A stretch of DNA of 63,967 nucleotides, filler included, from Vicugna vicugna (GCA_013265495.1; 77 parts of 72 records of this genome joined end to end with filler, not necessarily neighbours in it), one strand, 5' to 3'. Shown: positions 49,931-62,706, counted from the whole stretch's first letter. The notes: a model not told the origin generated them from the sequence alone. Numbers and translations: made by a program.

Positions 49931-50615
49931 TAATGTCTCTGTGCCAGGGAATGCTAGGGTTGGTTGCAGGTTATCCCAGTGACAGAGGCTGCCACCCGAA
50001 AGTCAGGGAAGATAATTCTGGGACTTCCCCAAACAGGGAACACCTGTGACTGAAGAGAGCTGCGTGGAGATATCTCTCGAGCTCCCCCACGCACTGACAT
50101 TTTTTCCGGAATCCTGAGCGTGGGGAGGTTCCANNNNNNNNNNNNNNNNNNNNNNNNNNNNNNNNNNNNNNNNNNNNNNNNNNNNNNNNNNNNNNNNNNN
50201 NNNNNNNNNNNNNNNNNNNNNNNNNNNNNNNNNNNNNNNNNNNNNNNNNNNNNNNNNNNNNNNNNNNNNNNNNNNNNNNNNNNNNNNNNNNNNNNNNNNN
50301 NNNNNNNNNNNNNNNNNNNNNNNNNNNNNNNNNNNNNNNNNNNNNNNNNNNNNNNNNNNNNNNTTCCGGAATCCTGAGCGAGGAGAGGTTACAACAACGG
50401 TCGCCAGCGCGTGGGTTCTAACGGAATGCCTAAGCTCGTCTCCCTTGAGGTTTTTACTAATGTCCCTTTGCCAGGGAATGCTATGGAGGTTTGCAGGATA
50501 TCCCAGTGACAGAGGCTGTCTCCCGGGTCAGGGAAGTTAATTCTCGGACTTCCCCGAACTGGGAACACAAGTGACTGAAGAGAGCTGCGTGGAAATATGT
50601 CTCAAGTTCCTCAAC
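49931..50615 (-). repeat. SatA 267-bp satellite
   Basis: Reverse-complement match. Confidence 0.94.
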
Positions 50616-50715
50616 NNNNNNNNNNNNNNNNNNNNNNNNNNNNNNNNNNNNNNNNNNNNTTAATTAATTAANNNNNNNNNNNNNNNNNNNNNNNNNNNNN
50701 NNNNNNNNNNNNNNN

Positions 50716-51530
50716 AATATGAGTGTATCCCTGGTCCGGGATGTGAGGGAAAGCTGGGGGATGGGCTTGAAGTTCAAGTACCAACGAGTGCCCCCCGATT
50801 TACTGAGGAAGTACTTAGAGGATTTCACCCTAAATTGGATCACCTGTGCCCCCATTCATCTGCGTGGACTGGGTCTCCACAACTCCCCCACACACAAGGC
50901 TGGGATCCGAAATCCTGAGTGTGTGGAAGTTCCTCCAACTGACAGCAGCGCCTGCGTTCTAATAGAATAAATCAGCTTGTATTCCCGAAGTGTTTCCTTA
51001 GGCCGGGCTGCGAGCAAAAGCTGGGGTTTGGGCTTGGATTCCAAGTAGTAGTTTGTGCCAACCAATTGACTGAGGAAGTACTTAGGGAACTCCCCTACCG
51101 GGGAACGCCTTTGTCACCATTCAGCTGCGTGGATTGGGGCTGCACACCTCTGCCACACACAAGAGTGTCTCCAGAGTCCTGAGTGTTTGGAAGTTCCTCC
51201 AAGTGGCAGCAGCACCCGGGTTCAATACAATCCCTTAGCTTGTCTTCCCTGATGGCTTGTCCTGCCAGGAGTGCGGGGGAAATTGGAGGTTGGGCTCTAA
51301 AACGAAGTATTAGCGAGTGCATATCCATGGGATGTGCAGGTGTTTAAGCTACATCCTCCAACCTAGGCATACCTGTGCCCCATGAAAAATGCGTGGACTC
51401 TGTTTCCACAGCTCCAGCACACGTACGAAGAAGTGTTCATGGTTTCCTGGGGGAGGCTCCTCCAACTAAAACCAGCACCAGGGATCTAATAGGATTCCTT
51501 AGCTTGACTTCCTTGAGTGTTCTCCTAGGC
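50716..51530 (-). repeat. SatA2 diverged satellite
   Basis: TCCTGAGTGT ... TCCTCCAA ... CAGCAGC ... TTCTAAT motifs about every 260-270 bp. Confidence 0.86.
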
Positions 51531-51689
51531 NNNNNNNNNNNNNNNNNNNNNNNNNNNNNNNNNNNNNNNNNNNNTTAATTAATTAANNNNNNNNNNNNNN
51601 NNNNNNNNNNNNNNNNNNNNNNNNNNNNNNTCTTCCTGTAATAAAAATTAGCAATTTGCATTTACTATGGAAGGTACTTGCCCTAGGTG

Positions 51690-52380
51690 GTTTTTTTCTT
51701 AACAGTTTTAATACAATTCACCCATTAAAATGTACAGCAGTTTTTACTCTATGCCCAGAATTGTGCATCCCATTCAATCTTAGAACATTTTCATCCCCTC
51801 AACAGGAAGCCCCGTATGCATAAGCAGTCATTCCCATCTTCCCAATCCTCCCCCAGCCCCAAGGATCCACTCTTCTCTCTCTGTGGATTTGCCTGTNNNN
51901 NNNNNNNNNNNNNNNNNNNNNNNNNNNNNNNNNNNNNNNNNNNNNNNNNNNNNNNNNNNNNNNNNNNNNNNNNNNNNNNNNNNNNNNNNNNNNNNNNNNN
52001 NNNNNNNNNNNNNNNNNNNNNNNNNNNNNNNNNNNNNNNNNNNNNNNNNNNNNNNNNNNNNNNNNNNNNNNNNNNNNNNNNNNNNNNNNNNNNNNNNNNN
52101 NNNNNNNNNNNNNNNNNNNNNNNNNNNNNNNNNNNNNATTCTTTTAGGAGTTTTTATGTGGACATTAGTTTTCCGTTCTGTTACGTGTGTGCCCAGACAA
52201 CAGAATTGCTGGGTCATTCAGAAACCAAATATTCAACTGTCTGAGGACCTGCCAGGCTGTTTTCCAAAGTTGCCATGCTGTGTTTTGACCTCACCAGTAA
52301 GGGCTGCATGCTCTGCTTCCTCTGTGTCCTCGTTTGTGCTTGTTATTCTTTTTTTTATTATAATCTATTTTTGTGAGTGT
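51690..52380 (-). mobile_element. Old L1 3' end (L1MB-like)
   Basis: ACAATTCACCCATTAAAATGTACA ... TTAGAACATTTTCATC ... AGCAGTCATTCCCA ... CTGTGGATTTGCCTGT. Confidence 0.75.
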
Positions 52381-52480
52381 NNNNNNNNNNNNNNNNNNNN
52401 NNNNNNNNNNNNNNNNNNNNNNNNTTAATTAATTAANNNNNNNNNNNNNNNNNNNNNNNNNNNNNNNNNNNNNNNNNNNN

Positions 52481-52952
52481 TCAGTCACAGGAGTTCCTTG
52501 TTCGGGGAAGTCCGAGAAATACCTTAAGTGACCTGGGCAGGCAGCCTCGGGCACTGGGATGTCCTGCAATCACCCCTAGCATTCCCTGTCACAGAGACAT
52601 TAGGAAAACCCTCAGGGGAGACGAGCTTAGGCATTCCGTTAGAACCCACGCGCTGCCGACCGTTGGTGGAACCTCCCCACGCTCAGGATTCCGGAACCAT
52701 TTTTAGTGNNNNNNNNNNNNNNNNNNNNNNNNNNNNNNNNNNNNNNNNNNNNNNNNNNNNNNNNNNNNNNNNNNNNNNNNNNNNNNNNNNNNNNNNNNNN
52801 NNNNNNNNNNNNNNNNNNNNNNNNNNNNNNNNNNNNNNNNNNNNNNNNNNNNNNNNNNNNNNNNNNNNNNNNNNNNNNNNNNNNATTCCGTTTCAACCCA
52901 GCCGCTGTCGACCGTTGGTGTAACCTCCCCACACTCAGGATTCCGGAACCGT
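52481..52952 (+). repeat. SatA 267-bp satellite
   Basis: Direct match. Confidence 0.94.
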
Positions 52953-53053
52953 TNNNNNNNNNNNNNNNNNNNNNNNNNNNNNNNNNNNNNNNNNNNNTTA
53001 ATTAATTAANNNNNNNNNNNNNNNNNNNNNNNNNNNNNNNNNNNNNNNNNNNN

Positions 53054-53450
53054 CTTTTGAAGATTTTTGAATGTATATTCATCAAGGATATTGGCTTTCA
53101 TTTTCACTTATTTTTTGGTAGTGTCTTTGATTTTCTTATCAAGGTAATGTTGGCCTCATAGAATAACTTTGGAAATTTTCCTTCCTACTTCATTTTTTGA
53201 AATACTGGAGAGGAAAGAGGTTTTAGTGAAGGCATCCAGGCATTTTGTTCAAGGGGTGTTTTCAAAATTATACATTTCATGTACCTTATACTGATTGCTC
53301 TTTTCAAGTTTTCTGTTTTCTCATTTGTTTGGGCCTGTGTATTTCTTGATAAGACTGGCTAAATGCTTAACACTTTGTTAATATTTTTAAGAAAAAATAT
53401 AGCTCATAATTTTAGGAATTTTAACTTATTTTTTGATTTTTATTTTATAT
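53054..53450 (-). mobile_element. Degenerate L1 ORF2 fragment
   Basis: TATATTCATCAAGGATATTGGC ... TATCAAGGTAATGTTGGCCTCATAGAAT. Confidence 0.78.
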
Positions 53451-53550
53451 NNNNNNNNNNNNNNNNNNNNNNNNNNNNNNNNNNNNNNNNNNNNTTAATT
53501 AATTAANNNNNNNNNNNNNNNNNNNNNNNNNNNNNNNNNNNNNNNNNNNN

Positions 53551-54276
53551 CTCATTCACTGGGTCTCCACTCTACAACTGAGGGTTCGGCTGGACGGAGG
53601 GGGAGCCTCCAAGGCTTGGATCTGTACAGAGTATAAGTTGACTGACAGAACTAAGTTAAACAGGCACAGACACCCAGTCCAAGGTGCAGCCCGGAAGCTG
53701 GGGGCAGGGCCATGCTGCATGAGCTGGGTGGAAGATGGGGATGGCTGCACTGAGGCAGTCTGGGGAATGGAGGGGTCTTGTGTCATTGCTGTGGGTGTAC
53801 AGGGCAGAACAACCTGGGCCCTCCATAAAACAACAGGGCAGATGTGCCCTGTGGGTGGAAGGGTGCATAACCATGTCTGAAAATTCACAAAAGTTTCTCG
53901 GTGAAGAGAGCTGGGGCTCAGACACAGACACCATACACTCTGGTGTTTTGCACCCAGGCAGCAGCAGGGGCAATATCGGCATCCACGTCTAAGGACTTAG
54001 CAGCCTTAAGGGACAGACGCAGTCTTCTCTACAGGCGGAGACAGATAGGATCATTCTGTCCTGGTTCCTCAGAGAACTTGCTTCACCAAGACAAACAAGG
54101 AGCTGGATTTTGGGCCAGACCAGGGACAGTGCTGTTCCTCAGTCTTCCCTGAGCCCACTTCTGGCATGCAAACCTGAGGCAGACATTATAGTGGCACAGA
54201 TTGATGGAGTAACTGGCACCCTGAGGGTCCATGTGGCCCCCCAACTTTTCTGCTAGAATGCAGCCCCTGACCATGG
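53551..54276 (+). mobile_element. L1 5'UTR (camelid-type), homologous to about 23690-23965
   Basis: Shared GAGGGGGAGCCTCCAAGGCTTG ... GTTGACTGACA(G/A)AACTAAGTTAAACAG. Confidence 0.68.
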
Positions 54277-54376
54277 NNNNNNNNNNNNNNNNNNNNNNNN
54301 NNNNNNNNNNNNNNNNNNNNTTAATTAATTAANNNNNNNNNNNNNNNNNNNNNNNNNNNNNNNNNNNNNNNNNNNN

Positions 54377-54884
54377 GAGAAATGAGGAAAATCCTCAGGG
54401 GAGACGACCACATGCATTCCGATAGAACCTACGCGCTACCGAACTTTGTTGGAACCTCCCCACGCTCAGGATTCCGGAACAATTGTCATTGTGTGGGGTA
54501 GCTCGAGAGACAACTCCACGCAGCTCTCTTCAGTCACAGGTGTTCCCTGCTCGGGGAAGTCCAAGAAATATATTCCCTGATCTTGGGGAGGCAGCCTCTG
54601 TCACTGGGATTCCCTGCAACCGCCCCTAGCGTTCCCTGGAACAGAGAAATGAGGAAAACCCTCAGGGGAGACGAGCACAAGAACCCACGCCGACCGTTGG
54701 TGAAACCTCCCCACGCTCAGGATCCCGGAACCATTGTCATTGAGTTGGGGAGCTCGAGAGACAATTCCAGGCAGCTCTCTTCAGTCACAGGTTTTCCCTG
54801 CTCGGGGAACTACGAGAAATAACTTCCCTGACCTTGAGTAGGCGTCCTCTGTCACTGGGAATTCCTGCAACACCCCCTAGCATT
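54377..54884 (+). repeat. SatA variant subfamily
   Basis: AAATGAGG / TGTCATTG / GAGCACA diagnostics. Confidence 0.92.
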
Positions 54885-54984
54885 NNNNNNNNNNNNNNNN
54901 NNNNNNNNNNNNNNNNNNNNNNNNNNNNTTAATTAATTAANNNNNNNNNNNNNNNNNNNNNNNNNNNNNNNNNNNNNNNNNNNN

Positions 54985-56157
54985 GGGAATGCTAGGGGTG
55001 ATTGTAGGATATCCCAGTGTCCGAGGATGCCTCCCCAAGGTCATGAAATTTATTTCTCGGACTTCCCCAAACAGGGAACTCCTGTGAATGAAGAGAGCTG
55101 CGTGGAGTTGTCTCTCGAGCTCCCCCACGCACTGACAATGGTTCCGGAATCCTGAGCGTGGGGAGGTTCCACCAACGGTCGGCAGCGCGTGGGTTCTAAC
55201 GGAATGCCTAAANNNNNNNNNNNNNNNNNNNNNNNNNNNNNNNNNNNNNNNNNNNNNNNNNNNNNNNNNNNNNNNNNNNNNNNNNNNNNNNNNNNNNNNN
55301 NNNNNNNNNNNNNNNNNNNNNNCCGAACAGGGAACTCCTGTGAATGAAGAGAGCTGCGTGGAGTTGTCTCTCGAGCTCCCCCACGCACTGACAATGTTTC
55401 TGGAATACTGAGCGTGGGTAGGTTCCACCAAAGTTCGGCAGCCCGTGGGTTTTAACGGAATGCCTAAGCTCATCTCCCCTGAGGCTTTTCCTAATGTCTC
55501 TGTGCCAGGGAATGCTAGGGGTGATTGCAGGATATCCCAGTGACATACGCTGCCTCCCCAAGCTCAGGGAAGGTATTTCCCGGACTTCCCCGAACAGGGA
55601 ACTCCTGTGAATGAAGAGAGCTGCGTGGAGTTGTCTCTCGAGCTCCCCCACGCGCTGACAATGTTTCTGGAATACTGAGCGTGGGTAGGTTCCACCAAAG
55701 TTCGGCAGCCCGTGGGTTTTAACGGAATGCCTAAGCTCGTCTCCCCTGAGGGTTTTCCTAATGTCTATGTGCCAGGGAATATTAGCCGTGTTTGCCGGAT
55801 ATCCCAGTGACATACGCTGCCTCCCCAAGGCCAGGGAAGGTATTTCCCGGACTTCCCCGAACAGGGAACTCCTGTGAATGAAGAGAGCTGCGTGGAGTTG
55901 TCTCTCGAGCTCCCCCACGCACTGACAATGGTTCCGGAATCCTGAGCGTGGGGAGGTTCCACCAACGGTCGGCAGCNNNNNNNNNNNNNNNNNNNNNNNN
56001 NNNNNNNNNNNNNNNNNNNNNNNNNNNNNNNNNNNNNNNNNAGGGAATGCTTGATTGCAGGATATCCCAGTGACCGAGGCTGCCTCCCCATGTTCAGGGA
56101 AGGTATATCACAGACTTCCACGAAAAGGGAAAACCTGTGACTGAAGAGAGCTGCGTG
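54985..56157 (-). repeat. SatA 267-bp satellite
   Basis: About 4 reverse-complement monomers, two adjacent ones nearly identical. Confidence 0.95.
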
Positions 56158-56257
56158 NNNNNNNNNNNNNNNNNNNNNNNNNNNNNNNNNNNNNNNNNNN
56201 NTTAATTAATTAANNNNNNNNNNNNNNNNNNNNNNNNNNNNNNNNNNNNNNNNNNNN

Positions 56258-57282
56258 ACTAGGAAACAGACTGAGAACACAGAGTAAGTGTTTCCCCTGC
56301 AATCCGTTCCCTTTGTTCTGGATGAACAAACATCTCTCCACATGCTCAGTTCTGAGAGATAAGTGTGTGTGAAAGCCGTTCTTCACCTAGCTTGAAGGGA
56401 ACACAAAGTTTCTTTTAAGTTGCCAACTCCACTCCATACATATATANNNNNNNNNNNNNNNNNNNNNNNNNNNNNNNNNNNNNNNNNNNNNNNNNNNNNN
56501 NNNNNNNNNNNNNNNNNNNNNNNNNNNNNNNNNNNNNNNNNNNNNNNNNNNNNNNNNNNNNNNNNNNNNNNNNNNNNNNNNNNNNNNNNNNNNNNNNNNN
56601 NNNNNNNNNNNNNNNNNNNNNNNNNNNNNNNNNNNNNNNNNNNNNNNNNNNNNNNNNNNNNNNNNNNNNNNNNNNNNNNNNNNNNNNNNNNNNNNNNNNN
56701 NNNNNNNNNNNNNNNNNNNNNNNNNNNNNNNNNNNNNNNNNNNNNNNNNNNNNNNNNNNNNNNNNNNNNNNNNNNNNNNNNNNNNNNNNNNNNNNNNNNN
56801 NNNNNNNNNNNNNNNNNNNNNNNNNNNNNNNNNNNNNNNNNNNNNNNNNNNNNNNNNNNNNNNNNNNNNNNNNNNNNNNNNNNNNNNNNNNNNNNNNNNN
56901 NNNNNNNNNNNNNNNNNNNNNNNNNNNNNNNNNNNNNNNNNNNNNNNNNNNNNNNNNNNNNNNNNNNNNNNNNNNNNNNNNNNNNNNNNNNNNNNNNNNN
57001 NNNNNNNNNNNNNNNNNNNNNNNNNNNNNNNNNNNNNNNNNNNNNNNNNNNNNNNNNNNNNNNNNNNNNNNNNNNNNNNNNNNNNNNNNNNNNNNNNNNN
57101 NNNNNNNCTAGCTTGAAGGGAACACAAAGTTTCTTTTCAGTTGCCAACTCCACTCCATACAAATGTATGGGGAGGTACAAGCCCCAACAATGTTTTACAG
57201 TGAAAACGGCAATCACTTCAAACCGGCACTAGGAAAAAGTCTAAGAACACAGAGCATGTGTTTCTCTTGCAACCCGTTCACT
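56258..57282 (+). repeat. SatB 248-bp satellite (gapped)
   Basis: Matches 5624-6318. Confidence 0.92.
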
Positions 57283-57382
57283 NNNNNNNNNNNNNNNNNN
57301 NNNNNNNNNNNNNNNNNNNNNNNNNNTTAATTAATTAANNNNNNNNNNNNNNNNNNNNNNNNNNNNNNNNNNNNNNNNNNNN

Positions 57383-59032
57383 ATTCTTGAAACTGGTGAA
57401 AGGAAGAAGCAACGAAGTCTAAGTAAAAATTTCAATGTGCACAGGTAAATTTTTGGTGGTTGAAACATCTCTCATGCGCATGTTCACAGCTCAGAAATGC
57501 ATGTTTGAGGAATCCGTGATGCATGAAACATGTTCGGCATACGGAATGCCATGGTTATGTAAACAATATAAATTACAAGTGTATTGGTGAGAATTCGCTC
57601 AAAGACTGTTTTCTAGTGCCAAAAGTTTGATTTTAAAACCTAGTGATACAAAAATCCTATGAAGTCAGAATAAATATTTCAAAGTGTATATATGCCTTGT
57701 TTGGTGGATGAAAGTTCACTAATCCACAAGCTCACAACTCAGAAACTCATGTTTCTCGAATCCGTCATGCATGTATCATGTACGGAACCCGGAATGCAAT
57801 GTTGATTTAATTCATCTAAATTATATATCTATTAGGTTGAATACACTCCAGAAGTATTCTTCTGTGAAAAATGCACGAATTCGGAACTTTTGTTAGGGAA
57901 AGCTTGTGAAAATGTGTACACGAGTCTATATGAAATTATTCCTTTTATAGAGAATGAAAAATCAGTAATCCACATGCTCTCAAATCAGGAATGCATGTTT
58001 GTCGAATCCATCATGCATGTAACAAGTACGGAACACGGAATATCATGTTGAAGGAATCTATTCAAATTAAATTTCTCTAGGGTAGAATTCGCTCCAAGAG
58101 GGTTTTTCTGGGATCAAATTGTGATTCTTGAACCTGGTGATNNNNNNNNNNNNNNNNNNNNNNNNNNNNNNNNNNNNNNNNNNNNNNNNNNNNNNNNNNN
58201 NNNNNNNNNNNNNNNNNNNNNNNNNNNNNNNNNNNNNNNNNNNNNNNNNNNNNNNNNNNNNNNNNNNNNNNNNNNNNNNNNNNNNNNNNNNNNNNNNNNN
58301 NNNNNNNNNNNNNNNNNNNNNNNNNNNNNNNNNNNNNNNNNNNNNNNNNNNNNNNNNNNNNNNNNNNNNNNNNNNNNNNNNNNNNNNNNNNNNNNNNNNN
58401 NNNNNNNNNNNNNNNNNNNNNNNNNNNNNNNNNNNNNNNNNNNNNNNNNNNNNNNNNNNNNNNNNNNNNNNNNNNNNNNNNNNNNNNNNNNNNNNNNNNN
58501 NNNNNNNNNNNNNNNNNNNNNNNNNNNNNNNNNNNNNNNNNNNNNNNNNNNNNNNNNNNNNNNNNNNNNNNNNNNNNNNNNNNNNNNNNNNNNNNNNNNN
58601 NNNNNNNNNNNNNNNNNNNNNNNNNNNNNNNNNNNNNNNNNNNNNNNNNNNNNNNNNNNNNNNNNNNNNNNNNNNNNNNNNNNNNNNNNNNNNNNNNNNN
58701 NNNNNNNNNNNNNNNNNNNNNNNNNNNNNNNNNNNNNNNNNNNNNNNNNNNNNNNNNNNNNNNNNNNNNNNNNNNNNNNNNNNNNNNNNNNNNNNNNNNN
58801 NNNNNNNNNNNNNNNNNNNNNNNNNNNNNNNNNNNNNNNNNNNNNNNNNNNNNNNNNNNNNNNNNNNNNNNNNNNNNNNNNNNNNNNNNNNNNNNNNNNN
58901 NNNNNNNNNNNNNNNNNNNNTCAAAGAGGTAACATTTTGGTGGTTGATACATCTGTCATGCGCATGTTCACAGCTCAGAAATGCAAGTTTGAGGAATCCA
59001 TGATGCATGAAAAATGTTCGGAATACGGAATG
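57383..59032 (+). repeat. SatC satellite containing one complete ungapped 741-bp unit
   Basis: ATTCTTGAA(A/C)CTGGTGA at 57383 and 58124; submonomer anchors at 57479, 57727 and 57973. Confidence 0.94.
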
Positions 59033-59688
59033 NNNNNNNNNNNNNNNNNNNNNNNNNNNNNNNNNNNNNNNNNNNNTTAATTAATTAANNNNNNNNNNNN
59101 NNNNNNNNNNNNNNNNNNNNNNNNNNNNNNNNTCCTCGGCATCCCGAAGAGGAGCAGGGAAGCTCCCGAATTTCTCCAGAATGCGGTCTACTTTCACCTT
59201 TGGCAGGTGAGTGTATGTCCTTATAGAAGTTGAGGAATAACTGCAGTTTTCCTGGAACTTTCTCACCACTAGTCCATCTGATTTTTCTGTGCTAGGATTC
59301 AGTATGGCCTGCTAAAAACTCTGNNNNNNNNNNNNNNNNNNNNNNNNNNNNNNNNNNNNNNNNNNNNNNNNNNNNNNNNNNNNNNNNNNNNNNNNNNNNN
59401 NNNNNNNNNNNNNNNNNNNNNNNNNNNNNNNNNNNNNNNNNNNNNNNNNNNNNNNNNNNNNNNNNNNNNNNNNNNNNNNNNNNNNNNNNNNNNNNNNNNN
59501 NNNNNNNNNNNNNNNNNNNNNNNNNNNNNNNNNNNNNNNNNNNNNNNNNNNNNNNNNNNNNNNNNNNNNNNNNNNNNNNNNNNNNNNNNNNNNNNNNNNN
59601 NNNNNNNNNNNNNNNNNNNNNNNNNNNNNNNNNNNNNNNNNNNNNNNNNNNNNNNNNNNNNNNNNNNNNNNTAGTGCAAAATCCCCAA

Positions 59689-59933
59689 ATCAATAGTCTA
59701 GCTCAACATCTAAAATCTTTCCAATCTACCTTGGATTTGTATGGATAAGTGAAGCAGTTTGCTAAGAACTCAAGACCAGGTTTAGAATACAGGCTGGTGT
59801 AGCTCAGCAGGTCCATCGAAGCTGATGCTCTGCCAGACGGTGGGGCCGAGGGGAGAGGGCTGGTCCTGCCCTGCCTGAGCTGACAGTTTGACGGCAAAGA
59901 CTTTCACCAGGTGAAGAACTTGGAGTTTCTTCT
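59689..59933 (-). repeat. Duplicated segment, paralogous to 33362-33607
   Basis: Reverse complement nearly identical over about 245 bp. Confidence 0.92.
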
Positions 59934-61594
59934 NNNNNNNNNNNNNNNNNNNNNNNNNNNNNNNNNNNNNNNNNNNNTTAATTAATTAANNNNNNNNNNN
60001 NNNNNNNNNNNNNNNNNNNNNNNNNNNNNNNNNAAAATAGCCCCCGGATAGCCACCATATCTGCTCTCCCCTTTGCCTTTTCACCCCAAGAGATGCAGGA
60101 CTCTCCTGCTTGCAATGACACCCACCAATTCTCACAAATTCTTGCCAAGTTCACGTCATCAGCTGGTGGTGTCAAAGTCACTATTTGTACTGCTATGAAG
60201 TCCCTCCATTACTTTATATCCCTTCTATTTTCTCTCTTGTCTTCCTACCTACACTTGCATACACAAGATGGTTACTGCACTAACATTGCCTCTGTAATCA
60301 NNNNNNNNNNNNNNNNNNNNNNNNNNNNNNNNNNNNNNNNNNNNNNNNNNNNNNNNNNNNNNNNNNNNNNNNNNNNNNNNNNNNNNNNNNNNNNNNNNNN
60401 NNNNNNNNNNNNNNNNNNNNNNNNNNNNNNNNNNNNNNNNNNNNNNNNNNNNNNNNNNNNNNNNNNNNNNNNNNNNNNNNNNNNNNNNNNNNNNNNNNNN
60501 NNNNNNNNNNNNNNNNNNNNNNNNNNNNNNNNNNNNNNNNNNNNNNNNNNNNNNNNNNNNNNNNNNNNNNNNNNNNNNNNNNNNNNNNNNNNNNNNNNNN
60601 NNNNNNNNNNNNNNNNNNNNNNNNNNNNNNNNNNNNNNNNNNNNNNNNNNNNNNNNNNNNNNNNNNNNNNNNNNNNNNNNNNNNNNNNNNNNNNNNNNNN
60701 NNNNNNNNNNNNNNNNNNNNNNNNNNNNNNNNNNNNNNNNNNNNNNNNNNNNNNNNNNNNNNNNNNNNNNNNNNNNNNNNNNNNNNNNNNNNNNNNNNNN
60801 NNNNNNNNNNNNNNNNNNNNNNNNNNNNNNNNNNNNNNNNNNNNNNNNNNNNNNNNNNNNNNNNNNNNNNNNNNNNNNNNNNNNNNNNNNNNNNNNNNNN
60901 NNNNNNNNNNNNNNNCCCACCACTCTGTCCTTCCCCAGGACGTGGCATGTGGGGAAGCAGGCATGAATGGGTGGCTGGGACTCGGAGGTGGAGAGGTGAT
61001 GAAAGCAAGAGTGGAACTGCTCTGGTCCTAGAACAACAGAGCTGTAAAATGCTCGGCTTCAGTACAACCCACTCCCTTTCCCACTTTCCCTCCCACTTAT
61101 GTGACAACCAGAACATAACCAAGCAATTTCTGCCCATGACGGTGACTACTAGCAGGAAAGGGACCAAGATANNNNNNNNNNNNNNNNNNNNNNNNNNNNN
61201 NNNNNNNNNNNNNNNTTAATTAATTAANNNNNNNNNNNNNNNNNNNNNNNNNNNNNNNNNNNNNNNNNNNNTGTTTCAGTCTCACACAGCCTGCGTCCTT
61301 TCACTTTCCCCTTTCTCCCTTAAAAAGCCAATCCTGTGTCTCCCACCCCTCTGATTCTGAACTTCACAAAATGCTGAGATTACAGTCACTATGTGCATAC
61401 ATCCCAGGTTTTGTCTAGGTTTCCTTCGCAAGATCTTCATTAAGGAGCTGCATCAAGAAGTTTAAAGAGGCTTTTCTTACATCTGAGCGGAGGAGCCTGC
61501 ATAAAATTTAAATGGCTTTGAAGAGAGAGTTAACCAGGGACAGAGAGGTCACAGGTCTTTGTCAACAGTGACACGAGGCAAAATGTTCTTCATA

Positions 61595-62120
61595 TGCTCA
61601 GAGTGGCTTCTGAACACAGGGTCGGCAGGGAGGAGGTGTCAGGCTGTGAGTGGAATGAAGTACTCAGATTTATTACGCCGGCGGGCTCAGAGGGGCTTCT
61701 GCTCCGAAGCTCTGAGCACCTCCAAGACGTGACCATGAGGTTTTATAGGGTTAATTACAAGTATTGGGCTATTAGGCAATAAGGTTCAAACAACAAAAAG
61801 CAAGGAATCAGTACACTGGAGCTTATCAATTTGGAACAGATCACGTTACTGACACTTGTTGAGCTTGGATTTACGAGTTAACTTGTTAGCCCAGTAAACT
61901 GACACTAAACTTTAGATTTACAAGTTAGCCCGGCAGAACTTATATCAGTAAACCGACACTTATCACACTTAGATTTGTGACTGAGCTGAGCTCGTTAATA
62001 GACTGACACTAAACTTCAGATTTATGAGTTAGCCCAGCAGAACTCAGATCAGTAATCCGACACTTGTTGCACTTAGATTTGTGACTTAGCTTCTTAGCCC
62101 AGCTGGGCTTTTCCTTCACA
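61595..62120 (-). mobile_element. ERV-type solo LTR, about 526 bp
   Basis: Minus strand begins TGTGAAGG (62120) and ends GAGCA (61595). Repeated U3-like blocks (GACACT ... TTAGATT ... GTTAGCCC), TATAAAA near 61741-61747 and AATAAA near 61668-61673 occur in U3-R-U5 order. No PBS follows. Confidence 0.72.
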
Positions 62121-62265
62121 AGAGTGGCTTCTGAACACAGGGTCGGCAGGGAGGAGGTGTCAGGCNNNNNNNNNNNNNNNNNNNNNNNNNNNNNNNNNNN
62201 NNNNNNNNNTTAATTAATTAANNNNNNNNNNNNNNNNNNNNNNNNNNNNNNNNNNNNNNNNNNNN

Positions 62266-62706
62266 TTTTTTTTCTTGTAGAGTCTTATCTGGTATCAGGG
62301 TAATGTTGGCTTCATAAAATGAGTTTAGAAGTGTTCCTTCCTCGATTTTTGGAAGAGTTTGAGAAGAATTGGTGTTAATTCTTTAAATGTTTAATAAAAT
62401 TCACCAATGAAGTCATCTCATCCTGGACGTTTTTTTGTTAATAGTGTTTTGACTTCTGACTCCATCTTTACACTAGTAATTGGCCGATTTTGATTTTCTG
62501 TTTCTTCCTGATTCAGTCTTGATAGTTTGTATGTTTCTAAGTATTCTTCCATTTTTCTAGATTGCCCAATTTGTTGGTTATTCTGTGGTAGGTTTTGTAT
62601 TTGAAAATACGTTTATTTTGTCTGTAGTAACAGTTTTAATGTCTCCTCTTTTCTTTATAATTTTGTTGATTTTGGTTCTCTTTTTTATTAGTTTGTCCTG
62701 TCCTGC
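62266..62706 (-). mobile_element. L1 ORF2 fragment
   Basis: GGTATCAGGGTAATGTTGGCTTCATAAAATGAGTTTAGAAGTGTTCC ... TTTTGGAAGAGTTTGAGAAGAATTGGTGTTAATTC. Confidence 0.85.
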
